The position numbers and the translations under genes are program-made. This document shows, in pieces, positions 40,354 to 53,900 of a stretch of DNA of 64,000 bases (the stretch's first letter is position 1; every line of letters begins with the position of its first letter). Source of the stretch: Tubulanus polymorphus (Eukaryota > Animalia > Nemertea); contig NC_134027.1 of assembly GCF_964204645.1 (NCBI RefSeq), forward strand, positions 4,186,485 through 4,250,484, read 5' to 3'. Under the pieces are notes generated by a model that had not been told where the DNA came from, searched no databases, and saw nothing but the letters and a program-made list of their open reading frames with translations.

Positions 40354-43300
40354 CTATCGACGATATTTACTATACGATTCATCATCTTCATCTTCATCAT
40401 CAATATCATCATCATCGTCATCGTCTTCATCATCATCGTCATCATCCTGAAATAAAGCAAAATAATTTTTGGTAAAATGATTTTTTTAGAAATTATTTTT
40501 GGTATAGATAGATTAAAATACAACATCTTATATATTCTTTTAATACAAAAAACAACCTCGAATTTTTTCCTGAGGCCAAACCTCTATTTGTCTATTTATG
40601 TGCCACGTTTGGTTAATGAAATCTAATAGGTCCTAATGATCATATTGTATTGACGACCTTTCAGAGAATAGAATGCTTTATCTACACCCGAAACTGATCG
40701 ATTGTCAAAAGTGAAATTCAGTAGACGAACCTCGAATAGTCATGATTTCTATTCAGACAACTGTAAATAGTCGTCGCAATCTTTTATCTCTCGTTCGTTT
40801 CAAATAAATAGGTTTCATATACATATACATATACCTGAGTAAATGATCAGAGCATTCTAATGACAGATTGATTAATGGTTTAAACAGCCGGGCAATCACC
40901 GTTTTGTCTTTAACATCATTAGATTATACCGGTACTGAGAAAACTTGGTAATTTGGAGAAATCATTCCGATACTCCATCATGGTACATATAATACAACTC
41001 GAGATACGTATCAAATTCAAATGAGCAAATCTTAGAATTGATACTAAGTTATGACCAACTTGCAAAAATCTTGAGATATAACATTCAAATGAGCAAATCT
41101 TAGAATTGATACTTAAAATAGAAATTACGACCAACTTTATCATAAAACCATCCAAGGGCTATAATACAGGGCTACAGAAAGACGTTTTTAGTATTAGTAT
41201 TCACTATGCGTGAATAATGTCCTTTTATTGAAATGTCTGAGAAAAACACTCAATCATTACGAAATCAAAACAATCAAGGCTTCTTCGGATTATTGTTTTT
41301 TTTTTGTCTCAGTACAAATATCTAAATCAGGGCCATAAAACTTCAAGAGACAATCATTAAAACTGACAGAGAAATAATATACCATTGTATAAAAACAATC
41401 TAAAGTCTTGAGAGCTTGTGGGAAAATCTATTCAAACCGGTAGACATTTTGAGGCCAAGGTATCCAAGTTAATATTCCAAACTAAATCAGTTGTTTGTAG
41501 CGCAATCACTATGAATATGAGACATTGGACAGATTTTAGACAAAAATAAACTTATCATTCAATAAAAGATCCAAATTGATGATGAAAGTGCCACAAAAAT
41601 CTTCATAAATCATATGAATAGAAAACATGAAATTCTTTCTCAGCACGAAGCATTCCTATGAAAAAAATATAAATCGGATAAGTGGGCCCACCAACCGGGT
41701 TCAAGGCCGATTCCATGGTTTCTGTGGATGAAAAACACCCCGAGAAGGACACGACAGTTGTTGACAAAAACAAGTTGTATTACTACAAGACCGACATGCC
41801 GGTAGATTAGGTCAAAATATGTAATAACTTGCTATCAATGTTAATCAGTTTTGACGAACACATTTTCGTCTCATGTAGAACACTAGTGAATGAATTCACG
41901 GTTACACGATTTTCTGTATGTGACATACTGTTAAAAGGAGTGTGAAATAAAATCTCTCAACAGGAGATCAGTACGAACACACGCACATTCATATTCTATA
42001 AATTCCCACACGATGACGACTTAATGCATTTCTAGATTACAATAGACCAGAAAAAGATCTTGTCTGAAATCCTCTTTTTTCGATTTGTTCTTATATACTT
42101 CTGAAACAGCAAATATCTGATCAATGCAATGCTGAATCCATGCAGTTAACTGTTGTAGTGGCGACAATGAATGAATCAAGTGATCTATCCATTCTAATCT
42201 TTAATTACTAATTGCCCAAAAAAGTGTATATAATGTCAATGAAAAGCAATAGTTTTTAGTAATCTTATATTTGACACATTTGTCTAATAAAAAGATGAAT
42301 GCATTACCACTTCAGAGTGGTCTACAGGTTAAATGGACCATGCATATTCTAGAAAATGTCAACAATTGCACATTCCTCAAAAGATTGTCATACTATTGAC
42401 AAAACTCATGCAAGCAACGCACGATCAACCCACACATGTATAAAAGGTATTGCGATAATGCATGAAGATTTTTATCGGAACAAAAAGTGTTAAGAAAACA
42501 AATAAAATAGATAATGGACATTTTACAGTGAAAAACGTAACCAGGTTAGCTCGCTTGGGGCAGTACTACTGTAGTAGCGTGGCAATGTCTTACATTCGTA
42601 CAATACTTACCTATTATTTCATAGTTTGACATGTGGCGACTGTAAATGGATTTGATTCCGAACTTTATTCATAATTCATTAGAGCATGAAAAGGAATGCA
42701 CCTTGTCAAATGACTTCTATTACAGACATGTTTTTAGGAGATCAAATCGTCTAGATTGAAATTGAGCGGAAAAATTGCATTACCCATAGGAAGGGAATTT
42801 CCCATCTTATTTGAAGGCCAGATAGCAGTGCCCCCCGCCCGACAATTTCTTTCTCATGGTAGCCAATTTTTCCCTGAGTTTTCGCTGACTTCTCCCTGAC
42901 ATGCACGTTGTTTTCTCTGACTTGATCTTCTAAAAATCCAATCGATTAATAGTCAAATATAAAAGACATAGATGGAAACTGTTGGATTTTATATACGATC
43001 TAGCAATCTCAACATATTTCCCTGATTTTCGCTTTTCACAAAATTCCCTATTTCCTAACTTTTTAAAAGAAAATAAAATTCCCCGACTTTTGCTGATTTC
43101 CAGGTAAATGGCCACCGTATGTTTTAGTGATCCTGACTAGTTCTATAGCGAACAGTTACAGTTGAATGATTTCTATAATATGCACATTTCTGTTACTCAT
43201 TCCATGAAAGATAACGAGGGTCACTAGTGCATGACACACTTGATGAATAACAGAAAAACCTCAAAATGAACTCGGAGGGTCATGTTGTTGAAAAATAACA

Positions 43301-46300
43301 AAACCAGCAATTTCACTTTCGATACATTAAGACCTTTCAAGGGTATTTACAACTAAACTACAGATACTTAGTTCTATATGAACTGACACTAAACAGTGAG
43401 GTCTCGCTGATATTTCTTAAGAAGTTCATTGAGTTTGATGAAGATTAATAACACTAGTAGAAGACAACATTTGGAGAGCTTGAAATTAGATCTCGTATGT
43501 GAATGCTCTCAGGAAATTGATCACCGTCAAAGAATAGAATAACTTCAACAGATCAAAAAGATCCGAATAGAGGATTATTTTGGGCGCCTGATAGATTGCG
43601 ACTAGATGTAACAGCCCTTTACTATAAAGTCTCTCACCTCAATATGATTTGTATAATGATTATGATTAACTTGAGGTACTTTTTTCGTTCGCGTGGAGCT
43701 GTTTTTACTAGTGTGGTGATGGTTTCTGGCACTGGTATGATTCAGACTACTGCTGCCAGTATGATTACGTGAACTGCTCGTTGTTACGGAAGTTGTGTGG
43801 TTTGATTTAGGAGGACGGCGGCGTCTCGGCGTTGTAGGTGGCGTTGGTCGCGAAGACTGTCCGGCTGAGTTTAGAGACGAACGTGATGAGGTACGATGCA
43901 TATTATTGAGTCGAGTTGATGAACCGAGTGGACGCAGTGAGTTTCGAAATTCCTGCAAGAAATTTAAGATAAAACTTGACTTTTAATGGTTATAAATGGT
44001 AGAGATGAACTATTTCGTAATACAAATGGTTTGTCCACTAACTCAGCCTAAGTTCGAGGATAAATATCCAAATATAGGCTAGTGAAATAATAATCTAGGG
44101 CTCGAGATAATTATTCAAGGTTTATAGACTAGCACTGTCTAGTACGATTCATAAACACTATTCAAATTCAATTGAAATACATTTTTATGGGTGAAATCCA
44201 CAACAAATGACAGCATTTTTGTGCTCAAAAAGGTTAATAAACCACATAAAGCAATAATAATGTCCAGGTTTGACTACTGGTGTTGTTCAAGTGAAGTAGG
44301 TCAAGAAACCGATCAAATTCGGAATAAAGTAATCCGAACGTCATAAAATTTACTTGAATAATTAGAAAAGCTTTCACTAAAGCAAAAGAATCTTGGCGAA
44401 TTCTATAAACAGGCTTTCATAAGTCAATAAACCAAAAATAACATAATACAGCCTTTTCAATAGTTTGGTACGTATACATTTGTTCAGATGTATATTTAAC
44501 ATGTTTATGTCAGTTCCCCACAGACCTAGAAAATGAACAAGTTTGTCCTATTGATTTTTGCTCGCTTACCTCCAAATCTTCTTCCTCACTCATTATTGAT
44601 AGACTACTGTAACACTGGGTCAATGCTTCTAATGCTTTTGCGTGAAATATCATTTCCACATTCACAAAATCGTAAAGTATTTGCTGAAAGAAAGATAAAT
44701 ATGAACTTATCAAACATCTATATCGATAGAATTTTAAACTCAGAACCATCTTAAGCAAGTCTTCTATGGGATCAGGGAAATTATTTTATACCCTTCAAAC
44801 CACTTTGAACAATGACAGACAGTTGGTAGATAACTAAAGATAATATTCATATCTCAATTAAACTGCTGTAGAGTAACCGACCATGTCTGAACATTCATAG
44901 TTCACATAGTTCTGTGATCGTGACTATGACCTTCCCACAAAATCAATGACACTTCATCAAGATGTAAATGTCTGTTACGCATACTTTTAGATCTTTAAGT
45001 TTCCGACGTTCAAAGCTGTCCATTTGTTCCTCTAATGCCTTCGTAGACCGTGCTGCATCTACTCCCGCCTTTTGTAACTCTTTTTCAGCCTGAAATTAAA
45101 TCATTAGCCATTAATAGGTCATTCAACGCGATAATGACAGAAAATTTAAAATTTGAAATCAAATGAGAGCTAGCAAGCGCGGAAATCAAGTTCTTTTATC
45201 TCAGTAAGAATTTTATCGCCCGCGAAGAAAAATGTCGGTGATCTCATCAAATGAGGTCATCTGACATTTACTTAAAACGTAAAAACCCAAATTCAAAGAG
45301 CAAAACGATTTTCTCCAATTCAACTAGGGGGCTTTAAACACGTAAGCAATTCTAAGGAATCCTTCCTTCAGGTTTTCAATCGTCGCGCTATAATCTCCAG
45401 GCTTTTTGACTGCTACTAATAATATTTACCTTGGTCTGAAAATATCTGTCAAGGATGTTTAACAAGAAATAAAACAAAACGTTGATGATGAAAACATAAA
45501 TAATAGACAGAGTAATGTTTGATAAAGGATACAATAGAGCCTCGATCGCTTGGATTTTTATCTTTGACTTTTTCTAATGTTTTTTGTTGTTTCGTCTCTC
45601 TGCCTCGCGCAGAAAATGATGCTTTAAGATCTTCCTATTAAATAAGACAGTTTCATATAAATCCCTAGATGATTCTCAATATATAAAACAAAACAATAGA
45701 AATGAATGAAAACTTACCCGCGCATGTTTACAAGCTGTACCATATAAAGTCAAAGGCTGAATAACTTTCGCTTCTAACCTTGAAATCTTTAAATTCAATG
45801 GACAAAATGAGATGATTAAAATATGGATTTCTTCTTAACTATTTCATATAAGATGACATCTTTTATCTCAGATTTAAGAACAGTTCAAAGGCAGAGGGTA
45901 TATGAAAGCACTTAAAAAGAACTGCGTTAATTGATTACTGAAATTTGATCTTTCATAATTTTTTCGCAACGCATGTTTTTTTCTCATTGATATTTGACCT
46001 GTGGTATTTCGAATAAAAAGCTAAGGCTGGGTGCTCTCGTGTCAAACATTCAAAGCCTATTTTTGCATTTAGACAAGTTGATCAGTCAGACAATCTGCAC
46101 TAGCGTTTTATCAAGAATCAAACAGAAAAAGATTTCCATTAATTCTGACTGACGCAAACAGCACATTACAAGTGATAAACAACTATATTCAGTTTTTTCT
46201 TTAAAAAGACAAACGAGCTCAATGTCTAAAAACTAAGGTAGGACGTATGTCGAGTATAATATAGGTGAACTTGCTCGAATGGAATCTCAATGATTTGATC

Positions 46301-47551
46301 TCCATTCACAAAACCGGCCAACAAAAACTGTTTGCCGTTATGCCTTGAAAGCCGAAAATACAAATTATATTATGGCTTTATGACATGCTAGACATATTCT
46401 TCTAAGCTTCTTAGTGAAATCAGTGTTCAGGGGCTCTGACATAGCCAGAGTGAGTATTATAGTTATATTAGAGGGATTTCACGGAATTTCTATTCATTCA
46501 CGCAGCTAGTCCCTCGGTAAATTACAGGCCCAAACTGTCTTTACTCTTACAAACAATAAATATTTGTCTACACTTTTAAGTTCAAACTCAATTTCAACAA
46601 ATCAATCTAATCTAATTGATAAATAAATATATCTAAGACTGGCCAGTTCTCAGTGATATCTCTTTTGATATACCATGGACATTATCTCCATGACACTGAA
46701 GAAGACCTTATAATAAACCGATAGTCTAGACTGCTATATGATTCTTAAAATACCAATTGGCAAAAATGCACGGATATGAGACATTAAAATGTCTACGTCT
46801 TTAAATCCCCAATATTTGTCATTACATTACCTCAGCTTGTCGGTAATCCTGTACAGATGATAGATATTCTGAAAATTTTGTAAGTGCTGACTTATATGTA
46901 TGATTGAGTGTCTCTGATTCTGCATAGCTTTGTACTTGCGTCGACACATCATCAGCTGAAATACAATAACATAAGTTTATTCAGTCAGAATTTCAAAAAT
47001 CAAGTTACTAAACAGATCTGAATGTTCTAGTTTTTCTGCAGTGTTACCCATCAATAAAGGGCGACCACACAAGAAGAGGTGATAGATTAAGTGGATGACT
47101 AATGCAACCGGATGTACGCACAGATACAACGCAGCTCTTCAGAGACGTGTCTTCAAAATGAACACTTTTAAAGTAGAGATTTCTTTAAATACCTTTATCT
47201 CTTAACCGGGCGGATTTTCTCGCGTATGCTCCGAAACTGTCACATAATAATCCGAAATGCTTTTCTACCATGGAGATTCTGTTCTGTATGAATTTGCTTT
47301 GAGACTCGCTGAAAAAAGAAACCGAATACGATTTTAATTCGATCAAAGCTTCATCGCTATTACTACGCATATATGGATAATCTTCATATAAAGATAGAAA
47401 ATTACTGAGCTCGGTGAAGATTTGAAGACACGAACAATGGAACTAAAATCTAACTCTGCAGATAAATCAGCTATGTTACAAACCTCCCAGATTGCATTAT
47501 AGTCTCTACAGTTGTTCTAATGTCCGAATCTTTCATATTGCCTGGTACCAT
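40354..47551 (-). CDS. CIBAR1: CBY1-interacting BAR domain protein (FAM92). Approximate exons: 47484-47551, 47193-47309, 46831-46955, 45719-45787, 45533-45635, 45430-45435, 44986-45090, 44569-44682, 43618-43953, 40354-40447
   Basis: SQSKFIQNRISMVEKHFGLLCDSFGAYARKSARLRDK, VQDYRQAE, RLEAKVIQPL, AEKELQKA, FERRKLKDLK, FVNVEMIFHAKALE, DLE|EFRNSL and an acidic tail ending SKYRR*. First and last exon choices are less certain. Confidence 0.9.
42866..43118. repeat. Degenerate interspersed repeat (TTCCCTGA(G/C)TTTTCC family); related fragments at ~3555-3612 and ~52455-52510
   Basis: Recurrent TTCCCTGAGTTTTC / AAATTCCCCGACTTTT / TTTCCAGG motifs at several loci in the window. Confidence 0.5.
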
Positions 47552-50370
47552 CGAACTGATAGTAAAACAGCTCACGTCGTGACAGACCAGGAGAGAATCT
47601 ACTACTGCCAAACAGGGGTGTAATAATCAGGCACGGTTCATAACACGTACACAATGCAATTAGAACGTTAATTGTCTCACTAATGTTAAACTATTGACTT
47701 AGTGAGCATGAATTATCATATGCATTTTATCAATCCAAGAATTGTGTATTCATGGGAATACAAGAAATTGTATAAAAGAATTAATGTCATGAACTTTTTA
47801 AAGACGGCGAACTAGGTAAGTTCGATCACAGTAAGACAGTTAGCTTTCAATTTCACGAAAAACTGGATTCGATTCTCAGAGAGGAATCGGTCATGAATCA
47901 ATGTCATCGAGATATTCTGAAAAAAAACTACCGAGAAATTCTATACAACAAAAAAAAAACCTACGAAATTAGATTTTCCAATCCATTTAAAGCTTAATAC
48001 GCTAAAAATAAAGCGAAAATCGACGAGATATTGAAGAATTCATACTAAAACTACTTGTCTCATCGTGTGGTGATAGTGGTTCATAGAAATTACCCATGGG
48101 TTACTAGAATATTACTTTTACTACTCTATAGCAGGAAATCTATCGCTTATTTTGGCAATTTTTCATGGAGCTTTTACTGAACAAAAAGTCAAATACAAGG
48201 GTCCACTTTTATGAAAGAGCGAAGTACGCGGACGCATGGTGATTTTACACTACTGCGCTCATATAAACCGTTAAATATAAGTAATATACTTGTGGTTATG
48301 TTAATTGTTATCGTGCATAGATTACTTTGCACCGGAATTAAACCATTCCGCACAGATTAACCAGGATTAAAGAACACATATCATAATATATGTCTCAACA
48401 AAGATATAAATCTTACTACGTTGAATAAGTGCTTTAGGAAAGAGACATATATTACTATAGGCCTATATATGATGAGATAATGTAGGCAGCCTATTCATCT
48501 TGGTTCAGCAAAAATGCCTTCTTATAAAAAAGTTCACAATTCTTTATAAAATAAGCAGAGATTTGTAGTGCAAAGTAAAATTGATGCCATCATTACTATC
48601 GTGGCTAAATAAAGCTAAAGGCTTAGCTGATTAAAACATAATCAACAAATTTTAAAATTCTCACTTCCAACATAAGAGATCAACTGTGGATTAATCATGA
48701 TTGAACCTGTTTGAATTTTAAATTTACAGACTTCAGGCTATTTAATTTCATTTACATTTCATTGGCCGTATTTGCATTTTTAAGAATTTGTATTTGCACA
48801 ATTCAACAGCGATCAATACAAATTACTGAAGATAAGTCATCATGCTCCGCATGTTGACTGATATTTACTTAAAGGTAGTCATTTCTGTGAACGCAATGAC
48901 ACTAGAAAAGGAACACCAACAATTTGTACTTGCTCCTTAATTAAACATTTGATTGCTGATCTCCTCTTAACAACTGTTTGATAGAGCCTTTACAAAATCT
49001 CTCCACAAGACCAGTCTTTGAACTAGTCCAAGAAAGACAATCATTCTCTTGTAAATTTGAAGATTTCAAATCAGGGATCCATAAGAAATATAATGGAACT
49101 GACCTAGATTGATAATTCCTCTTCCCTGTGTCCCAGTGACACGCACAGCAATTGTATTTCACTTTACAAGTTACCTATTTGTGAGTTGCTAAATTTATGA
49201 TTCATAAAAGCCTACTAAAAAGGTAACCAAACTTCATTTAGTGCAAACATGGCATGGTTTGAAAAATCGAGAATAGTTGAATGATGACTCAAAAGACAGG
49301 ATTCTATTCTCATGGCGAGATCAACACTCGCGTCTCAAAACGATTTAAAACAATCCGAGCTAGACTTATTTGATAGGCTACTAATTAAACCTTCATCATA
49401 ATTTGTACAATAATGAATGGTCAAAGTTTCAACAAATTCTTCAAGATTTCAAATTATTTTATATTGAACATGGATCTTTTTGATTGACTAGAGTTACAGA
49501 TCAATAGTCTCACTTACACTTCCTGTTTATAAACTACTAGGTGAGAGATGAAACCAAGTAAAGTTGGCTCTCTATCTATTTACAAAACCTATCAGACGTT
49601 GGGTCTGATGTGTACCAGCTTGGAAACTAGTAGGCTAGGCCTACCATCAAAAATTCATCTCAAGCCTGATGTCTAACGCGAGCTCAACCTTTCCCCCAAT
49701 GAAATTTCAAAAATCTATTTCTAATGGTTTAGTTTCATTAGTAATACATATAACGAAGGTCTGAGGGAATGACAGCTCAGCTCGGCGGAAGAAACGCAGA
49801 CTAAGCTGAAAATGTCTCATGCGTTAACTGTCAAAATGTTTCCTTTTAAATCCTAGAAATATGATTTCAACACCATCAAACGGTACTTAAATATCATCAC
49901 ATTAAATTATACGCGTACCTTTGCCTTATTTCCGCGTTAGACCGGTTCATTTTCATTGGTATTCCATTACTTATCCACAGAACAGGATTGCCTTCCTTCT
50001 TCTCCGATTCGGCGCAAGGTAAACAATGTCCAATATCGATTTGTCGCCTTCACTTCTAGAGAATACCATGAGGTGTATTCGATTACCTACTCTTTAGAGA
50101 CCCAGTAATTAACTATGTAATATCCACATTGCAGATCTTTGTTACGCAATTTAGAGCGCTAAAATGTAATAATTTATGTGGTACGTTTGTAAAATCTAAA
50201 CATATTTTAGGATTACTATGATTAATTGAAGATGAAAAATAAGTGGGCCCGAAATACACCATTAGTTATAGAAATTCTCTCAAGATGGCAGCACATCGTA
50301 GCAGTAACGTTCTGTGGCACAGGCAGCGTGGCACAGTGGGTAAATCACTGGACTAGAACTGGTGGATATC

Positions 50371-50408
50371 CCCTCGATAGCTTAGCTGGTAGAGCGGAGG
50401 ACTGTAGA
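50371..50408 (+). pseudogene. 5' half of tRNA-Tyr(GTA); no 3' half found
   Basis: CCCTCGATAGCTTAGCTGGTAGAGCGGAGGACTGTAGA nearly matches the eukaryotic tRNA-Tyr 5' half. No T-arm (GGTTCRA) or acceptor complement follows. Confidence 0.8.
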
Positions 50409-50935
50409 GGCATCGTAGTCGACGGTCAATATACCATTTGCTATTTGCCTTATCCTTGGAGTAGTCAAAAGATTACTCCTAGCCTTATCGCAGGGTCCAT
50501 GCAGATGTCTTTCTCGGATATTAGTTTCCAAGGAGAAAATATCAAATTTTGAGTTCTGCATCCCTTTCTTCATATCCCAATAACTGTAGAAAGAAGCCTC
50601 CTAAATTTGTAGAATTTGCTGGTTTTGTAAGTTTTTGGGTATTTTGTTTAAATTGATTAAAGGACTTTTAAGCACCTTTTAAAGCATTTTCTGTAATGTA
50701 TTGAAGTTATTTTAGGAATTGTAGACCCTGTATTAAATGCAACACAATCTTCCAACATCCTCCAGTTAACCAACTAAATTCCTCCGTCCATCTGCGTACC
50801 AAATAATCATAACAGCAAGATATATTTTCAGTACAATTTTTCGAATTTTTATTACTAACACAAGACAGAACTTGGCTAGAGTTTTCATTTAGGGAATATG
50901 GCTAAAAACATTGTCAATGACCGAGCTGCTCAAAC

Positions 50936-53900
50936 TCAGTCATCAAATCTCATTCTTTTGTTTTTGTTATTATCCACAAAATCATCGAATTGCCTTCGTT
51001 TAAACGATCCGTTGTTGTTGCGATGAAAACCACCGCCGCCTCGTCGACCACCTCCTCCTCGGTTTCTGTTAAAATGTCCACCTCCACCTCGAGCGGGAGC
51101 TCGTTCTACTAGTTCCGGTAATTCAGTCGCCACTGAAAGACTGTCCCATTTCGTATCTTCCCATTGGTCCTCAAATTCTGCTTGAATCGATGTCGGTACG
51201 TCAAATACACAACCCTGAAATTACAAATAACATTTCATCTCAATAACCACTAATCATAGATGCAGCATAAACCGTCCTTGATAAATACAAGGATTCTTAT
51301 AGATCAGGGAATCCAAAATTCAGTATATCCTCAACCAAAAATTGCCTGATCAAATTATGAGATATCCTCAGTGGCAGCCGTTTCTTTCCACGTGGCACTC
51401 AGCAAGAAAACACCAAAAATTCCTTGGTTTTCCGAGAAGAGTCAGAACTCTGTAATTTTCCTTGAAAGGAAAAGAAACCAAAATCCCCTGGTCTGCAAGA
51501 ACCACGCAAATACAAACGTAGTTAGATACAGACCTTTTTGTCAGCGCACATTCGCATATTATGGATACTATTATCGCGATGATCCGCGCCTAATTGACGT
51601 TCAATAGCCGACCAGCAATAACCAAGACCTCTCATCTCCGATTCCGTTTCGAATAAGAATGTCGTGAATCCCTAGAAATAACAAATAAGGTTGAAAAATT
51701 CAATGAGTGTAATTAGAATCTACCTGGCGTGACAAACACTCCGTCTTAGCTCCTTACCTCTTTCGACGTTATCAAAGATCTGTGAGCGATAGATGTATTT
51801 CCGGTTAATAATGCGAGTGCAGCTGCTAGTGCCGTTCGGGCCCCTTTTGTTTCGATCAATTTATCAGCAGATTCAAAGAAATGAGAATAAGCCTTTTCCT
51901 TCACATCATCTAACGACCTACAGGGAAACGAATAGCAGTGTTGAAATAAGCATGTAGCGGCACATACTTCACTATGAAAAAACCAGATCTTTCGCATTTA
52001 AATTTTCAAAGTATGAAAACTTCCACGACAACAACAAATACAAATTAAGTAATACCTCACAACATCTTCACTAGAAGCGTGGATGATGTCTTCCTTAGTT
52101 GGCACACCAATTTTTTTGAACGTTATACCCGCTTTTCGTTCTACTTCGGATAGAGCGTAATCTTCGAACGGTTTGTAGAAACATATACACACTCCACCTC
52201 GACCAGCTCGGCCAGTTCGTCCTGATCTGTGTATATACGAATCCACATCCTATAATACAAAATACAAATTCATTCCAAAATCGTCCGAACTTTTTCATTC
52301 AAATCACTCAACTTTAATAGTCATAGAGATTGCGAAATCCATAATACTCCAACATTTTGTGCATTTTCCCCGACCCTTAGCCAAAAAAGCCTATATTAAA
52401 TTCTTAAGATATTCAGAGTTGAGTTCCTCATCAACGGCAAGAACGAGACAAATTAAAATTCCCGGACTTTTCCAGGATTGATCAGAAAAAGTTCAGATTT
52501 CCCAGACTCCTTGATCTGTAAGAGCCATAGTTATAATATACGTACACTAGGAGGCTGACACTGAATGACTAGATCAACTTCGGGAATATCTAAACCACGC
52601 GCGGCAACATTTGTAGTAACTAAACACCGGTAATGACCTTCTCGGAATTTCTGAAAAAAACACCAACACGCCATGGTAAAAATATCTCTTCATAAAATTC
52701 TCATTTGCTCTTCTACTGGGAGAGGAACAACTAAAAATTGATCCCCGCCGAAACGAATTTTCTCTCTACCTTTAACACCATTTCTCGTTTGCTCTGTTTG
52801 ATGTCTCCGTGTAGAACATGTACGTCCTGTTTGATTGCACTATCACAAGCCAGTTCATCGCAGTCACGTTTCGTTTCACAGAAAACCATCGCTCGTCCGT
52901 GGTTACCACTGTACACTTGAATAACGTCTCCGATAGCAGCAGGACGGTCCTGATAGTTACATTTAATCGCTAAATGCTGTAAAGAAAATAATCAAGCATC
53001 ATTAATAGATTATATAATTATATACCATATTTAGTGTCTAATTCAAATTGAGTTATGCCTACAATAAAATATGCAATGCATTGCATGAAATATTCTTTAT
53101 AATATCAAGCATCACTTGTAGCCTATCTTATAACATTTTACAACCAATGCTTAAACAGCAATAAATACTCTAAGTCTTATTTAGATTTCTCAATAGATTC
53201 GGTTCAAATTAATTCATTAAAAAGATCTGGTTCTGTACCTGAACTGTAGTCGCCGTTTTCACACGATCTTGACCAATCAGATCTATCTGGATCATATCAT
53301 CTCTCATGTATTTGCTTGCCGTCTTTCTCACCCATGAAGGCATTGTAGCCGAGAATAACAGCGTCTGTGGATTCATTTCGGGCTGATCTGAAAATATAGT
53401 AGATATTCACATCAGTATCAATACGGCTATTGATTTACTAGACCAAAATCTTAACCCTTTCAGTGCGTCTACACTGCAGTGCGGTGATAGAGTTTGCTAG
53501 TACACCACGATGCGGTGTATTGATACACCACGATGCGGTGTATCGATGTAATTAGTAATTATCTCTCTTGAAAAATGGCAGCACCTGTCAAACATAGTGA
53601 AATACTAGTAACTAACGATACATTGCGCCGATGTGTAGACGCACTGTAGCTGTATTCCCGTTATTCAACACACTAGGGTGGAATCTTTAAAAAATTTTCA
53701 AATTATCTCCAGCACTATATGGTATTAATTAGTCAGCACTGAAAGGGTTAAACACAAAATATGTTTGTTATAACCAATCGTTTGTTATATCTACTATGAA
53801 ATTTTCTAACGTGGGACAAATCCTTTATATTTATTATATCCAATGAATTGTTGTATCCGAGTTCGTTATTACGAGGTTCCGCTGTAATTCTGAACAATAG

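Noticed and set aside
40251-40475. Poly-His ORF on the + strand
   Set aside because: It is the antisense reading of the Asp/Glu-rich last exon of FAM92.
42030-42100. Possible alternative last exon of FAM92 (KYIRTNRKKRISDKIFFWSIVI*)
   Set aside because: It has an acceptor and the right phase but no homology support; transcript data are needed.
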